The notes under the pieces are model-generated. The model was given only the letters and a program-made list of their open reading frames with translations, ran no database searches and was not told where the DNA came from. Shown in pieces: positions 61,852-64,000 of a DNA stretch of 64,000 nucleotides. Source of the DNA: Methylobacter sp. GTDB lineage: Bacteria > Pseudomonadota > Gammaproteobacteria > Methylococcales > Methylomonadaceae. How positions within the stretch are numbered: position 1 is the stretch's first letter; each line of letters begins with the position of its first letter. The stretch spans positions 32,618 to 96,617 of the forward strand of contig NZ_JALOCF010000012.1 of the NCBI RefSeq assembly GCF_023227905.1. The letters are read 5' to 3'. The translations under genes and the position numbers were made by a program.

Positions 61852-62607
61852 TTAAGCAATTAACAGGACGATTCCCCACGCAATAAATGCGACGCCTACC
61901 ACATTGCAAATGAGCTTTGCTTGCAGCGGCAAGGTTTTCTCCAATACGACCAACAGGGTCATCAACGCCATTCCCAGCAGGTTCATTACGCCCACGACGA
62001 ACATGATCAGCATTTGCGCCCAGCAACAGCCTATACAGTATGCACCATGTTTTAATCCCATCTTGAATGCACCGGCTGACCCATCCTGCCATTCATTCAA
62101 CAAAAAGCCCATTGGGGTTTTGCAGTGCACCAGACAGGCGTTTTTAATCGGCATAAACTGGTAAAAGCCAGCCACGAACAAAATACCGGCTGCCGATATT
62201 GAATTTTGGCTCTCCATCATCGGCGACAGCCAGGTCAGGCCATGCATTTGCCATTGCAGCAATGCCAACGCGGTGCTGAATAACATCCATATTCCCACAT
62301 AGGCCGAAGTAAACAGGCCGGTCAACTTATAGACCGCCTTGTTTTGCTGCCGGCACACACGGGCAAACGCCAAAATCATCGGCATAGCGGAAGGCAGCAT
62401 CATTGCCGCCATCATCACGGCCCACATAAAATAAACCAGAGCAAAGTCGATAAAGCGCCATGCCAATGGCTCTGAAGGCGGCATCCACATACTCGACATC
62501 GGCTGAGATGTCATTTGGGTATGTTGATAAATCAGATAGCTCCAGGCAGCAAAAACCCATGCCAGCACCATCGCTAAAATTGCAGTCTGCGTTTTAAGCC
62601 AATTCAT
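61852..62607 (-). CDS. DUF2182 predicted metal-binding membrane protein
   Basis: MWAVMMAAMMLPS, KNACLVHC, YCIGCCWAQM. Confidence 0.9.
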   Translation of the reverse strand: MNWLKTQTAILAMVLAWVFAAWSYLIYQHTQMTSQPMSSMWMPPSEPLAWRFIDFALVYFMWAVMMAAMMLPSAMPMILAFARVCRQQNKAVYKLTGLFTSAYVGIWMLFSTALALLQWQMHGLTWLSPMMESQNSISAAGILFVAGFYQFMPIKNACLVHCKTPMGFLLNEWQDGSAGAFKMGLKHGAYCIGCCWAQMLIMFVVGVMNLLGMALMTLLVVLEKTLPLQAKLICNVVGVAFIAWGIVLLIA

Positions 62608-63215
62608 TGAGGTTGATAAACAAATGCGGAGAAATAACCGTTACGTCCGGAAAACTGCCAGTCCTTATCGTAGTCCTGGTACTGGTAGTCTTTTGATTTG
62701 GCGACGATTGCAGGATGACTGGTTACCACGCACAAAGGCGGATTGTTAATCGTTGCCTGCCCGCCGGTTATGCCCTGGACACTTTCAATATCGGCTTGGG
62801 CTATGCCGGGAATAATCAAGCGCCGGCTGTTACCCTGTTCCTGATAGTCGATTTTTACTTTTTTCACACCCAACACTTCGCTGACAAAGCTCATTAAAAT
62901 GGCAGGGTGCCCGCCTTGTTGGCCGCTAAAAATTTGCACAATCGCATCCAATTGATGGTCATCTGCGCGCTCATCGACATACAAGGCCGCTTGCCAGTTG
63001 CCGTCTATCATGAGTCCCGGCGAATAACACGCCAACGCAACATTCAACCCATCCAGTGCTTGATCACCCAGGTGTCCCTGGTCAATATGCCATGCGACCA
63101 GCAATTTGCAGTCGCCTTGGCTCGGCGGTTGCAGCCATACGCAAGGACAGGAAGTTTCGCAGTTACAGGTTTCAAAATAGCTACCTTGCAAGATCCAGTT
63201 TTTGGTTTCCGACAT
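62604..63215 (-). CDS. DUF1326 domain protein
   Basis: GSYFETCNCETSCPC...GDC; YVDERA; typical partner of DUF2182. Confidence 0.9.
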   Translation of the reverse strand: MSETKNWILQGSYFETCNCETSCPCVWLQPPSQGDCKLLVAWHIDQGHLGDQALDGLNVALACYSPGLMIDGNWQAALYVDERADDHQLDAIVQIFSGQQGGHPAILMSFVSEVLGVKKVKIDYQEQGNSRRLIIPGIAQADIESVQGITGGQATINNPPLCVVTSHPAIVAKSKDYQYQDYDKDWQFSGRNGYFSAFVYQPQ

Positions 63216-63225
63216 ATCACACCTC

Positions 63226-63960
63226 CTAAAACGGTTCTTTGAACGGTCTCAAATCCAGCTCATGAGTCCATGCGCTGGGATGTTGTTGGTGAATGGCCCA
63301 ATAGGTTTCGGCGATAGCGTCCAACTGTAGCAAGCCCTCTTTGCCTTTAGCTTTAACATAGTCCGGGAATTGGTTTTTTGCCCGGTCTCCGTCAATTACC
63401 CCGTCAATAACGGTATGCACCACATGGATGCCCTGCGGCGAGAATTCTCTTGCCATGCCTTGCGCTAACGCCCTTAATCCGGCTTTGGCGGCGGCAAACC
63501 CGGTGAACGGCGGCTTTGCTCTTAACGACGCTGTCGCCCCGGTAAAAATCAGCGTTCCTTTATGCTTGTCTTTCATAGCGTTAATCGCTTCCTTGCCGAA
63601 AAAAAAGGCACCCAGGCAGTTTTGCCGCCACAGTGCGGTAAAGGTTTCCGCATCCGTTTCCAACAAAGGCGAGGGGATGTTGCTGTCAACGTTATAAACG
63701 GCAATATCAATGCTATGACCCTCCAATCGCGCCACTTTAAATAAATGCGCTACATCGCACTCAACAGTGGCATCGGCAAGCACTATGCTGACTGAACCGC
63801 CTTTTTGCCGAATGTCTTCGGCAACCTGTTGAAGCTTGTCTTCACTTCGCCCGGCTATATAAACGTGCAAACCTTTTGCTGCAAAATATTTGGCGAGTAT
63901 AGCGCCCAGTCCCTGCCCTGGACCAACCCCGATAATAATGGCTGAACATTTTTTCTCCAT
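63226..63960 (-). CDS. Short-chain dehydrogenase/reductase
   Basis: GVGPGQGLG, FTGATAS, FAAAK (Tyr replaced by Phe), WTHELDLRP. Confidence 0.9.
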   Translation of the reverse strand: MEKKCSAIIIGVGPGQGLGAILAKYFAAKGLHVYIAGRSEDKLQQVAEDIRQKGGSVSIVLADATVECDVAHLFKVARLEGHSIDIAVYNVDSNIPSPLLETDAETFTALWRQNCLGAFFFGKEAINAMKDKHKGTLIFTGATASLRAKPPFTGFAAAKAGLRALAQGMAREFSPQGIHVVHTVIDGVIDGDRAKNQFPDYVKAKGKEGLLQLDAIAETYWAIHQQHPSAWTHELDLRPFKEPF

Positions 63961-64000
63961 CGTTAATTTCCTGAATTGAGTATCATTGAAGAAGGGCTAA

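Overview
Gammaproteobacterial chromosome segment. A MoxY/MxaY-like kinase and the dispersed repeat families suggest a Methylobacter-like methanotroph, but this is inference; no marker gene in the window proves it. In order: (1) a defence island 3' of tRNA-Arg/tRNA-Asn, with a type I R-M operon (hsdM-hsdS-[ABC ATPase + HNH nuclease, PtuAB/Septu-like]-hsdR) and an IS256 remnant; (2) a MoxY/MoxX-like two-component pair, an Aer2-like chemoreceptor and a Pho-box-preceded EAL-CBS-GGDEF protein; (3) an accessory region containing an unusual WYL-GGDEF fusion, stress genes, a RAYT pseudogene with REPs and a ParE-type toxin-antitoxin pair; (4) sdhCDABE; (5) an sqr-DUF2892-TolC-MFP-RND cluster divergent from cydAB and a CydX-GGDEF fusion; (6) an HK/RR/GGDEF-EAL trio, cydDC, an OmpA protein with a (QQQGYP)n tail, thiDE, an L,D-transpeptidase, DUF2182/DUF1326 and an SDR. 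Several short palindromic repeat families nest inside each other, and two sit in frame inside protein-coding genes. Best candidates for undescribed biology: the WYL-diguanylate cyclase, the R-M-embedded PtuAB-like pair, the CydX-GGDEF fusion and a 51-bp double-GGA-hairpin mobile module. All family assignments come from motif recognition by eye; no database search was run.
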